DNA of 64,000 bases, taken from positions 317,144,454 to 317,208,453 of the forward strand of contig NC_133619.1 of assembly GCF_048593235.1 (NCBI RefSeq), read 5' to 3'. This document shows, one piece after another, positions 38,622 to 50,285 of this stretch (position 1 is the first letter of the stretch; every line of letters begins with the position of its first letter). Both the position numbers and the translations under genes were made by a program. The notes below the pieces were generated by a model. The model was given only the letters and a program-made list of their open reading frames with translations, ran no database searches and had not been told where the DNA came from. The stretch is from Sminthopsis crassicaudata (lineage: Eukaryota).

Positions 38622-39925
38622 AAAAAAATTATAAAGAATTAAATAAGAAAAACCAAGAGGAAAAAATTGTACAATCAAGCTATAAAGATAAACTGTCAGA
38701 ACTAGTGATCATCCATCATTCTAGAGGATCAATAATGAAACATACTATCCTCCCCTCTCTTAACAGGCAGATGATAGATTTAGGTTTCAAAATGAGGCTA
38801 ACCTAATTTTTAATACAGCTAATGAAAAGAAAAATGTGTTTTGTTTGACTATAGATATTTCTTGTGAAGAATATGTTTTTCTTTTCCTCTATTTTCCCAA
38901 GAGATGGAAAGGTAAAGAAAATAGATTTTAAATAAAAAATGTAAAAATATAGAAGTAAGAGTAATGCTACAGATGTGGGATGTTCCATGCATTTCAAATG
39001 AGGTTAAATTAGTTTTGATTAATTGTTTATTTTTCCTAATTTTACTTTATTATAAGAAACCTCTCATTAAACAAGGTGATCTGAAAATGAGATTTAAAGC
39101 AATAAAATATTTTTTAAGGAGAAAAACTTCATTTGATATAGACACAATCATGGATGTGGCTTCTACATGGAATGCAAGTCACATAATCACAAAAGGGATG
39201 TCTAAGTCCAGCTAATCGAATCACTTCATTTTAGAGCTGAGGAAAGTGATACCACAAAAGAGTTAGTTGATTTACCAAAAATATACTCGCAGGAAGTGGT
39301 AGCCTAGGGATTCAAAGTCAGATCTTTCAACCTTATAGCTACTGTCTTAACTAATACATTACATTGCCCTAAGTTGTATAATTTACACTTGGCCACAAAA
39401 ATATTTTTTGGCAGGTTCATGTAAAGCTTTAACAGTCCCAACTCTGTCAAGTGATGAAAATCCTACATTTTCACTTTAAGTCAAAACTCAGGGATATTAC
39501 AGATGTTATGCAGTCCAAAAACTTTGGACTAGAACTTTATTTTCTACTTTTAAATGAAATCATTGAAAGAATTCAATCAAACTGCTCAGACACATTTTCT
39601 TTTTATTTCTTTTTTTAAATTAATTTGTTGTCTATGGTCACATGGCTAGGAAGTGTCAAGTTTCTGACGCTGTATTTAAACTTAGACTCTACTGACTTCA
39701 GAACTGGTGCTCTATTCACTGTGCTATCTAGCTGCCTCTAACATATTTTCAAAAAGAATCTTTTTTAAGGGGAAAAAATATTGCCCTTGGTAAAACATAT
39801 TTTTGAATCTTATTGTAGAAAAATGGACAGCAATAAAGTTAGAATGCATTAACAAAGAGGCAAATATAGTTTCTTTTTTTCATTCCATCAACAAATATTT
39901 ATTAATTGTCTACTATTTGTCACTG

Positions 39926-40170
39926 GTAGTGGGTAGCTCAATAAATAGAACGATGAGCCTAGTGTCAGGAAGACTTGAATTCAAATTCAGCCTCAGATAG
40001 CTATGTGAAGCTGGGTAAGTCATTTAATCCTATTTGACTCAGTTTGCACATCTGTAAAATGAGCTGAAAATGAAATGGCACACCCCATCCAGTATTTTTG
40101 CCAAGAAAACCCCAAAAGAGGTCATGAAGAGTCATATATAACTAAACAACAACTGAACGACAACCACAAA
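39926..40170 (+). mobile_element. Mar1-type SINE
   Basis: tRNA head, core, then gccaagaaaaccccaaaagaggtcatgaagagtc...aacaacaac tail. Confidence 0.8.
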
Positions 40171-40269
40171 CCCCTTCTCTCTGGTTGTCTCTATGACCAA
40201 ACAAATGATTCTAGGAAGGCCCCTAATGGGTAATGTAGGGATCTTTAATACTCCTGGATCCCAAAGGAG

Positions 40270-41400
40270 TAAGTATCCTTGTTCTGTTCTATTCAACACT
40301 CATCAATGACCTGAATGAAAGAATAAATAGTATGCTTATCAGATTTATGGATGACAAAAAGCTTGGGAAAAAACTGAAATAAAGATGTGAGAATCAAATA
40401 AGAATTCAATCATGTTGAAAGATAGGCCAAATCTAATATGATGGAATTTAATAGATTATAAGAGTAAAGTTTTGATCCTAAATCTTAAAAAAAAATCTAC
40501 TGTATAAACACAAGATGGGGAGAAATGGGCAAATTCATCTAGAAGTGTTAGTGGACTAGGAATTCAATATGAGGCAATGATATAATTTACTAGCTTAAAA
40601 AATAGTTAATTTTTCTAAAGTTGGCTAACAGAATCATAGTGAATGAAATAGTAGGTAAAGATATTCTCTGTGTGTCCTGTGGGAATCTATAAACAGAGAA
40701 TTCCCACTTCTCAGAGGATCTGAGGCAAGAGGAGGAGGGGTAGTTCCTAGATATTTCATTGGGCAGCTGGGTGGCATAGTGGATGGAGTTCCAGGCCTGG
40801 AGTCAGAAAAACCTGAGTTTAAATCTGCCCTCATTTATTTATTACTTGTGTACAGATCTGAGCAAATCAATTAACTCTGTTGGAGTGGGTTTCTCATCTG
40901 CAAAATAAGCTAGAGAAAGAAATGGAAAATCATTTCAACATCTTTGTCTAAGCAGGTAGTAGTTCCACTGTAGTCTGCCCCAGTCATACCACATTTGTAA
41001 TATTATGTTCAGTTCTGTGCACCATATTTTGGGAATGACATTGGCAAATTGGGCAATATCCAGAGAAAAGTAGTCAAGTTGATGAAGGACATTGAAGTAA
41101 TGCCATACTCTAAGCTATTAAAAAGAAGTAAAGATGTTCATTAGGAGAAGAGAAAACTGAAGTGGGATATAAGAGTTTCCTTAAAACTCTTGAAGGACTA
41201 TTTTTGTGGGGAAAGGATTAACATATTTTGCTTAGCTCCTGAGGACAGCCTTATAAGTGGATGAAGAGAATTGTTCAAAAGTAAAAAAGGCTGCTATGAA
41301 AAGTGGTCACACCAGAGATCTTTAAATAAAACCTTAATGGCCACTTATCAGGAATATTCTAGAAGAAATTTCTATTCTGGCAAAAACTTTGATGGCCTTA
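40270..41400 (+). mobile_element. L3/CR1 LINE 3' region, interrupted at ~40641-40946
   Basis: caacactcatcaatgacctg...atcagatttatggatgacaaaaag (RT end) and gtagttccactgtagtctgccccagtcataccaca...gttcagttctgtgcaccatatttt. Confidence 0.8.
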
Positions 41401-41969
41401 ACATTCTCTGTATGGTTCCCTTCTGAGATTCTTTCCAACTGTGAAGTACTGTAGTTCTTCTAATCATCTTGTCATGTTCAGTTTTATAGAGTGGAGAGGG
41501 TTTGTGCAAATTCTTCATCTGAGATCAGGTGACACATGATATTTTCTGACACTGAAAAGTAGCAATATTTTTCTGCTTCATTTAAACTGAAAAAACCATA
41601 GGACTAATTATGGAAAAGATCCCCTACAGATCATCTGATTCAAGACAATTGGAGACTAAAGTGTTAGATCTAGAATCCAGATACCTGGGTGCAAATACAA
41701 TTTAATAGCCATGTAGTCTTTAGAAAGTCACTTAATCTCCCATCTGTAAAATGAGAGGGTTGGGTTAATAAATGATCTGCCCCTAAGGTCCGTTATGGTT
41801 CTAAGTTTATGGGCATTTTACACTTGGAAGAAAGTAAGAAAGAGTAGCCAAAAAGATTGAAATAGTAAGCAAAAGTATTCTCTCCATATCCTGTGGGAAT
41901 CTACCAAGTATAGAATTCCCACTTCTTAGAAGATCTAGGGCATTGGGGGAGGGGTAGTCCTCAAATATT

Positions 41970-42215
41970 TCATTGGGAAGTTGAGTGGCAAAGTGAATGA
42001 AGTTCCAGTCCTGGAGTCAGGAAGATCTGAGTTTAAATCTGCCTTCAGACACTTTCTAGCTGTGTGACTCTGGGCAAATCAATTAATCCTGTTGGACTGA
42101 ATTTCTCATCTGAAAAATAAACTTGAGAAAGAAATGGAAAATCACATCTGTATCTTTGCCAAGAAAACCCCAAACGGGGTCTTGAAGAAATGAATACAAG
42201 TGCACAACAAAAAAT
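41970..42215 (+). mobile_element. Mar1-type SINE (a partial second copy sits at ~40765-40946)
   Basis: Head, core and gccaagaaaaccccaaacgggg...caacaa tail. Confidence 0.8.
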
Positions 42216-43576
42216 ATATCATTGAACAGAATTTATTCTATAACTGTAGTGTGCCTATCATGCCAGAAGATGGCATCATGGCATCTTAAATCAGGCATTC
42301 TGAAGTTTGAAGTTATTGATCAAGTGAACTTTTTTTTTTTTTTTCCTCCCCAGAATTTTAATTTTCTGTTGTTTGGAACTTGATAAATATTAAGAAATAC
42401 AAATAGTTTCATATGTAAAAATAAGAGAAATAGAAGATAACATATTAAACTTGGAATTTCTAATTACATAAAGCTTGTGGTCATTGTGTTTAAATATGTA
42501 AGCAACTCCACACATTAGTTTGAAAGCCATCATTCTTATCCTTGTCTCCACTTTGTTCTCCAGATGTGCATCTTTGGAACATCTTTTTTTAAAAAATATT
42601 TCATTGACAGTCTTCATTTTGTCTCCTTTTTTTCCCCTTTTTTCTCCTTTTTCTCCTCTTCTATTACAAACTCCTTATGAGCATAGACTTTCTTATACTA
42701 ATCAATTAAATATGGCAGAGCTTCCTTTTTTCACAGGGAAATCAAACAATGGAATAGCATAACAGCTAATCAATTACAAGGACTTCTGGTACACAAGGCA
42801 ACAGTCCTTTGCAGTGAAACCTAGCTGAAGCTCATACCAAATTCTGAAACAGATCCTCAGCCGTTTAGTGGTTTATGGACATTCAAGAAACTATCTTCAA
42901 AAATTTTCCTGACTATAGGTTATGAGACTATAGATACTTCCTAATTTGTGGGAATTGTGGAGACAACCTTATCTCCACATGCTCCTTTAACTTTGGTTTG
43001 TGGAGCTCTTGGAATATCCTGGTTTTGGAGACATCTCCTTATTAAGCCTTGAACTATGGACTGTTTATCATCAAGAAGGCCTTCTGATTTATGTTATCAA
43101 AGGGCCTTAGCTCTGACACCTACAATTAATTCTTCATTTCCCTCATTTCCTGAGACTTTTCTTCCTAACATCTTCCAGATTCCCTTCTTTTCTCCTTTTT
43201 TTGTTCAAAACTTGTATAAATATCTCACTTTTTCCAAGTGGGCTTCGAACAAGGCAGAATAGACATCATTCCAAGTTGCAAGCTTTTCCTTCTCAGGCAA
43301 TAAACACATTCAAAATTTATGTAAACTGTGATTGGACGAGGTTCATTCCAGGTCCTTCTATTTGGTCCTGAACTTTCTTCTGTTTAATAGCTTGCTAAGG
43401 TTTTTTTTTTGTCAACAACTTCTCTCCTTCCCACAAATTTTTCTTCCTGGTAAAAGAAAGCCCTCCCTTAAAATAAATCTCTGTCTCTTTCTGTGTCTGT
43501 CTATCAATCTCTGTCTCTGTCTCTGTCTCTCACTCTCTCTCTCTCTCATATTTCTGTCTTTCTATTTCTCTCCCTC

Positions 43577-43903
43577 NNNNNNNNNNNNNNNNNNNNNNNN
43601 NNNNNNNNNNNNNNNNNNNNNNNNNNNNNNNNNNNNNNNNNNNNNNNNNNNNNNNNNNNNNNNNNNNNNNNNNNNNNNNNNNNNNNNNNNNNNNNNNNNN
43701 NNNNNNNNNNNNNNNNNNNNNNNNNNNNNNNNNNNNNNNNNNNNNNNNNNNNNNNNNNNNNNNNNNNNNNNNNNNNNNNNNNNNNNNNNNNNNNNNNNNN
43801 NNNNNNNNNNNNNNNNNNNNNNNNNNNNNNNNNNNNNNNNNNNNNNNNNNNNNNNNNNNNNNNNNNNNNNNNNNNNNNNNNNNNNNNNNNNNNNNNNNNN
43901 NNN
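43577..43903. other. Assembly gap (N run)
   Basis: N characters, preceded by a (CT)n tract. Confidence 1.
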
Positions 43904-44387
43904 TCACATATATAGCCATGTCTAAATGTCTATATCTCATTATGCTTCTCTAGTTTGACACCTCTTGATTGAGAGGTGGGGATCATGCTTCATCAATTCT
44001 TATAAATTGTCATGTATAAATTGTTTTCCCAGGGTCTAGAGCAATTAACTTTTCATTTTTTTTGAATAATCACCAATGAAAAATTTGAGAATAAACATGA
44101 AAAAAATTGTCAAAAAGGAAAAAAAAATGCAATCAAATAGAATTATTCACATGTAAAATAAATTTCATATAAAAATTAATATAGGGATGAATGGTGTGGG
44201 CTCTCTTCAGTATAAAAAAATGAACTAGCTATAAAAATTATGAAAGGAAAATTCTACCCAGGCAACAAATTCCCATGTGAACTTTTAGTTATTCTCTGCT
44301 CTGTAAGTATATAATCCTAAAGACTGCTACCCACATTTTTTTAATACTCCCAGTATATTTTTACTTACTTTAGGGAATATTTCAAAG

Positions 44388-44431
<44 letters not shown>

Positions 44432-44445
44432 ACACACATGCAACA
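44388..44445. repeat. (CA)n microsatellite
   Basis: Direct inspection. Confidence 0.95.
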
Positions 44446-45339
44446 CACATGTATACATATATGTGTACATACAGAGTGCTATAAATATACAATTGTGTGG
44501 TATGTATGTATATATGTTTGTATATTTTTATATACCCACATATGCATAAACATACCACACAACTTTATACAGTCTTTAAAGTGGAGCAGAGGTATCACCA
44601 AATCAGAGGAATTATAAGCATTCATAATACAACACCCCTAAAGATACTCTCTTAAAGAGGGATCCAAGCTGTTTATTCTGCTTCTCATTAATACATTTTG
44701 AATGATGATGAGATTACAGAGTTTAGTCACTCCATATTGGAAGTGACATATGCACATTGTTTCCATAACTATCTGAAGTCACATAATCTTCTTACATACT
44801 TTTTTCCTTATCTAGAAAATGAACCCTTAAGTTCTCTTCTAGGTCTAGACCTCTGATTCTTCACTTCTATAACTAATTGTGAGAGAGTGACTTCTTACTC
44901 ACGCATCCATATGGTCCCATGGGATTTTAATTTACATTTATTAAAAGTCTCTCCTGCAGATTTTGACTCCATTATGATTCTTAAGTATTTTCTTTAAACA
45001 GCCATTATAAAAACTTTATTATATGGTTCCTCAATTATTGTATGGATTAAATGACTTATGATGAATTTCTAAATTTTAATCTCCCTAGAATGTTTCTTCT
45101 GATAAAGTAATTCAGTATCCTTAATTCCACTTTATAGAAAGTCAGTGACCAACTAGAATAGAAATTAATGTCAAACTAGTACCTACATAGATAACACAAA
45201 AACATTGGTTCCTATCTAATGAGGTCTTGCTTCAAAAATGACTGTCTATACCATATCAATTGTTAATGACCAGTGTTGTATAATCTATAGGAAGAAAATT
45301 CATCTGATAATTCTAAAAAAAAAGCAATTTTGAATTATG

Positions 45340-45630
45340 CTGCTTAAAAAATATGTGCCCTTTGGTCTACAGATCCCACTACAGGGTATATAACCCAAGA
45401 AGGTCAAAAAAAGAAGGAAATGTCCCACTTATTTAAAAAATCACAGTAATACATTTTGTGATTAAAAAAAAAAAACCCTAGAAACCAAATAGGTACCTAC
45501 AGAATGGAGAATGACTAAATAAATTGTGGTGCATGAATGTACTGGAATATTATTGAGCCATAAGAGGACATGAATATGAAAAATTCAAAGATTCATATGA
45601 AATTTTATTAAAACTGATACAGTTAAGTAC
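45340..45630 (+). mobile_element. L1 ORF2 3' end fragment
   Basis: tgccctttggtctacagatcccactacagggtatataacccaag...ggagaatgactaaataaattgtggtgcatgaatg. Confidence 0.75.
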
Positions 45631-47260
45631 ATTATTGGGGGAAGGAGGGCCCTGTATATTTAGGTGAAATGAACTAAGCAGTGATCTGGAAGAGCATTCC
45701 ATATGTTTATTCAAACACAAGTTCTACAAGGAAAATAAAATTTTTATTTTCATCCCCAACTATCAAAATTTATCTTTCTATTGAGTAATTTATTTAATAT
45801 GTCAAAAAGGACAGATTCAGCATTTCAATTCATATGAATATAATTTGCAATCATGATAAAATAACAGGCCAGATCAATGCCAAATCAATCCAAAGGGGTA
45901 TTTTTGTGAGACAGAGCATTTGTTCCTGATGGTGTTTACCTCAGAAGATCATAAAACAAGGGCTACTCTATATGTAAATCAACTCAGTTTGTCCATAATA
46001 CAACATGTTTCTCTTCTATTCAGCTAATTTATTTCCATAGAATTGTCAATTCAATTCATTTTAACAAATATTTATTTATTAAATGCCTACAGTTTACTAG
46101 TTAGGACCAAGGAAACAATGAAAGTCAAAGAAGCCCATCCCTGTTGTGATGGATACTTAGAATTTTTTGAGAGGAGTAACAAGGAAACAAATATGTAGTT
46201 AGCATTTTTATATGCCAGGTATGGTGCCAAATGTTGAGAATACAAAACAAGCAAAAAAAAAAAAAAAACCAGTTTGTACCCTCTGGAATGGACAAAAGTT
46301 AACTAAAAAGAATCAAAGTTTTTCAACTATCTATAAACAAATTCTAATAATTGGTATTTTTCATGGATAATCTTTGTCCAACAACCAATAAGATAACACA
46401 TCAATGATCAAATTCACGTCCAAGTAGAAATTTTCCTAACAAGCTTCCAGATGGAAATAGTATATTATGGTTTCCAATTAAAAGTCAGGAAAACTAGATT
46501 CCAAGTTTTCCCTCTCATTTATAACAATAATAGCTGACTTTTACAAAGCAATTTGCAAAGTCTTACACACGGTTATCCACTTTGATACTATAGCTATCTG
46601 AGAAAGATATTTTTATTGCTTTTACTTTATAAATGAGAAAACTACTCCTTGGAGAGCTAGAAGCCAATGTCTAAAGTAGAATATTAGTACTAATCTTCCC
46701 TAATTCCAAATATATTATTGTATATTATACTGAGCTGTCTGACCTGCTAAGGTATCTAACTAAGTCACTCTGTTTCTCATTTTCCTTACCTATATGACAA
46801 GATTTCCAAGTCCCATCTTATTCTAATGTTTTGTACTGTTTTTAAGAGAAAAGAAAATAAGTTGCTTCTCTATAGCTCACCATGACTATGACAACAAGAA
46901 ATATAATATATCTTGAATGATTGAGAAGAGAATTTAAATTCATTGTCCTCCTCATTTTTTTTCTCTTAGATAAATTTAAGATTGGGAATGAGAAAAAAAA
47001 AAAAGAAGAAGAAGTATTAGCTCTGTGACGGCCTTCTAACTGCTTCAGTCTAAGGTCGTCAGCCAGATTTTATAAACAGCAACCTGTTTAAGCTGGATGT
47101 TTTGACCTTTTTAAGAAACTTTCAAGCACTACAATATTTGAAGATTTTTTGAAGAAATATGAAAAATTTTGAGTTCATAGGAAACCAAGAAAGAACACAT
47201 TTGGAAATCCAATTCTGTAAGACTATTCCTGTTTGAGTGATTTTTTTTTTTCTGGGTATA

Positions 47261-47478
47261 AGAGTGTATGTGCTGAAACTAACTCATATAAGTTCATTAG
47301 AGTTGATTAGATTTTCAGTATGAATATTTACACATCAGAAATCAGCAAAGATTACAAATTGGGGCTTGATTTATTATCCTGTTGATTGTCTAGACTTAAG
47401 AAAATGATAAAGAAAATATTAACTAAATTTTTAAATGTGCTGAAGAGCCAGATATTAAACATTTTCTGTCATGCCACT
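47261..47478 (+). mobile_element. MER63-like hAT element
   Basis: atttacacatcagaaatcagcaaa...ggggcttgatttattatcctgttgattgtctagacttaagaaaatgat matches the recalled MER63 consensus. Confidence 0.7.
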
Positions 47479-47821
47479 TCTGGATGGGAGAGAAGAAATG
47501 ACATTTTTCCAACTTATACCTCAAAGTATATAGACCTAAGAACAAGGATCCAAAGAGAGCTTCCTAAGGAGGTCTGTCCTTTTATTGAAATAGGAAGCCT
47601 CTGTTTTCACAGGGAAATGTATTTGCAATTCAGTTACCTTATCTGAACTTTATATATTGCTTACCTTCATTGTTCTTGCCAACAGAGTCATAAATTGAGA
47701 ATATGGAACTCTGTTAAATAATACTCTTTTGCCATGCCTCAGGATAATGAATTGAGAGTTCTAAGGAGCCTTTGAGATCATCTAGTCCAACTATTTCATT
47801 TTATAATTCAGGAAACTCAGG

Positions 47822-47871
<50 letters not shown>

Positions 47872-49341
47872 AAATGAGGTCCAAAATTTGCCCAGTGGTA
47901 TAAATAAGAGAACCAAGATTTGAACACAACAGGTCATTTGACTCCAGAGCCAGTATTCTTTTCCTCTTAACTTTTTTCTGAATGATTAAAATAGGTAAAA
48001 TGAACTGTTAAAACAAATAATCAAGACCAGATCTGAAGGATAAAATAAGGGGAGGTACCACAAAAGAGTGAAATATAAATGGAGGGAGAGGACTTGGGTA
48101 AGAGGGAATAAGGAGCACTGTTGCTTGGCAGCCAACATTGCCTTGGTAATGGGGTGGGTTATGTGCTAATTATGTGTATATGAGCACCTCAGTTGTTTTG
48201 TTTTGAAGGGTCAACTGGTGGTATCACCTCCTCCACCCAACTGGGGCTTCCTGAGTCACTGACCTTACTGATCCCAGAAGTATTGATGAGTAGGTAGTGA
48301 TTGGCCTGTCAGGACTGAAAATCTCTACTTTTTTTGACACATACTGATGAGCAAATGAATTCAAGAGTCACATTTCTATAGAAGCACCATTTTTATTCTT
48401 GCAAGATAAGAGATATCTTTGTGGAACAGCAGAAAATACTGAATAAAGAAACCTGACTTTTGTGGCTGTGTAGCTCTGGCATTTTGTGTGACATTTCAAA
48501 CTGAACTGTCATCCAATGTCAAGGTCAATCCCAGGGGGCACTCACCTGTATGACTTTGGGCATTTGTCTAGACCTCAGTTTCTAATATGAAGGGGTTGGT
48601 CTAGTTAATTTCCAATTCCATTGTAGCTCTAAATTCTATTATCTTATTGTATAATTCTTGGATTTCCATTTCACCTGTAAAATGGTGCAGTAATCTTATT
48701 CTACATATTCCGCAGAGTTAGTGAGGTTCCTCAGTTTAGAGCTGCATGGGACTTTAGAAGTCCAACCTCATTTTTTCTCAGGTGAGGAAACTGTAATGTA
48801 CAATTCCTTTGGGCAAGTTCACACAGGTAATGTTAGTATCAATGATAGACCACGGACATTCAAACTTACTTAGCAAACCCAGATTCCGCTCTCCAAATTC
48901 AATGCTCTTTCCACTGCATTACACAAATAAGATAATGTGTTTGAAATCACTCTAAAATCTGTAAATCTTGATATCTATATAAAGGATTATTCTTTCCCTC
49001 ATCTGGTAAAAAGAGACCAAAGAACAGCTGCTCTACACTGCAACTGTGAACTTTAATTCAATGATATTTGTCAACAACAAGTTGCTGAATTTCAAGATAT
49101 CTTTATTATCAGTACAAATATACAAGGATACGTGACTTACACAGTTTGCCTAAAATACAATGTTCATTTCCGTATATCATCTCTAGGCTACCAAAGCAGT
49201 GGGACAGGATGTAAAATACCCAGATACAGGAGTCTTAGAAAAACATTTTTGGACTTATTAAACATTTAAGTGTTGACAGAACGTAAGACCAAGAGGAAGA
49301 AGATTTGGGTATGAAATAGAAAGCAAACAGTTTCTTAGTTG

Positions 49342-49384
<43 letters not shown>

Positions 49385-49386
<2 letters not shown>

Positions 49387-50125
49387 AGCAACTGTAACCC
49401 AACCGGTCCGCAGAGAGGAGAAAGAAAGGGGCAGCGAGGGAGGAGCCAAGTAATGGAAGTGAGAGACAGCCCGAGAGGAAGCCAGCCAATCACAACTCCC
49501 TTTAGCATGAACCAATAGCAGCCTGACTTGCCAGGCAAATCTGCCCTGCAGTGAAGCAGACGGAAAATGGGGCTGGGCATAGTAGGGGAGGGGCTTCTGG
49601 GGAATTGGTTTGCTGTCTATGACACTCCTGGATCCCTTTCAGGAAGCTGCAGCACGGGGGAATTCTTCACTGAGAAGCTGTGGGAATGATTTGCGGGTAG
49701 GGAGAGCAGATGTAGCAAGTGTCTAGTGGCACATTCACAAGTATTCAGCAGGCGGCGGATGGTGCCCGCACATCGGGTTATGCAGATTATGCATATGCTG
49801 CCTTTGCACCTGTCCTGTGAGCGCCTCCGGGTGAAGGTGCTCCTTGGGCATTTATTTGCTCAGGCCTACCTTCCCCTGTTTGTGAGGGCATATAAGAAGT
49901 TTAATCGAGCCGGAGCTGAGGAGATTAAGTGTCTGGAGCATCTGGGCTAGAATAGAAAGGGCAGGGGATTTCGGGGCCACAGATTCTCACCGCAGTAGTT
50001 CTAGCCCGAAGATTTTTGGAAGGCTGGAATGACAAAGAAGAGTGACCCTAAAATAACTACAGAGCTTAGGGCGATGCTCATTGATTGACTGGGGAGTGAG
50101 AACAGATGGTTTGTTGATGACAGGA
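49385..50125 (+). promoter_or_regulatory. PLCXD2: PLCXD2 CpG-enriched promoter / 5' leader
   Basis: Roughly two dozen CpGs in 49400-50300 against a strongly CpG-depleted background. CCAAT boxes at 49486 and 49512, GGAAGT at 49455, TATA-like CATATAAG at 49889. Lies directly upstream of PLCXD2 exon 1. Confidence 0.75.
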
Positions 50126-50285
50126 ATGCTAGCACTTAGGAAAGCAAGGAAGAAACTCAGGATGGGGACCATATGCTCCCCCAACTCAGGAGGGACAAAG
50201 ACCGAGGAAGTCTGCAATGCCGACTGGATGGGCTCGCTCCCCCCTCGTCTCAGCACATTCCCCCTTTCCAATCTGGCTATCCCAG
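50126..50285 (+). CDS. PLCXD2: PLCXD2 (PI-PLC X domain-containing protein 2) coding exon 1: MLALRKARKKLRMGTICSPNSGGTKTEEVCNADWMGSLPPRLSTFPLSNLAIP-G
   Basis: Near-identical to the recalled human N-terminus MLAVRKARRKLRMGTICSPNPSGTKTSSEVCNADWMASLPPHLHNLPLSNLAIPG. G|gtattt donor in phase 1. Known synteny downstream of CD96. Exon 2 (SHDSFSYW...) not found in the window. Confidence 0.95.

Noticed and set aside
38369-38806. 145-aa ORF
   Set aside because: A-rich sequence read through a SINE; no splice or homology support.
49385-49560. Minus-strand GC-rich segment followed by A40 as a processed retrocopy
   Set aside because: No TSD, no upstream AATAAA, no ORF of recognisable origin; it carries promoter motifs and retained CpGs instead.
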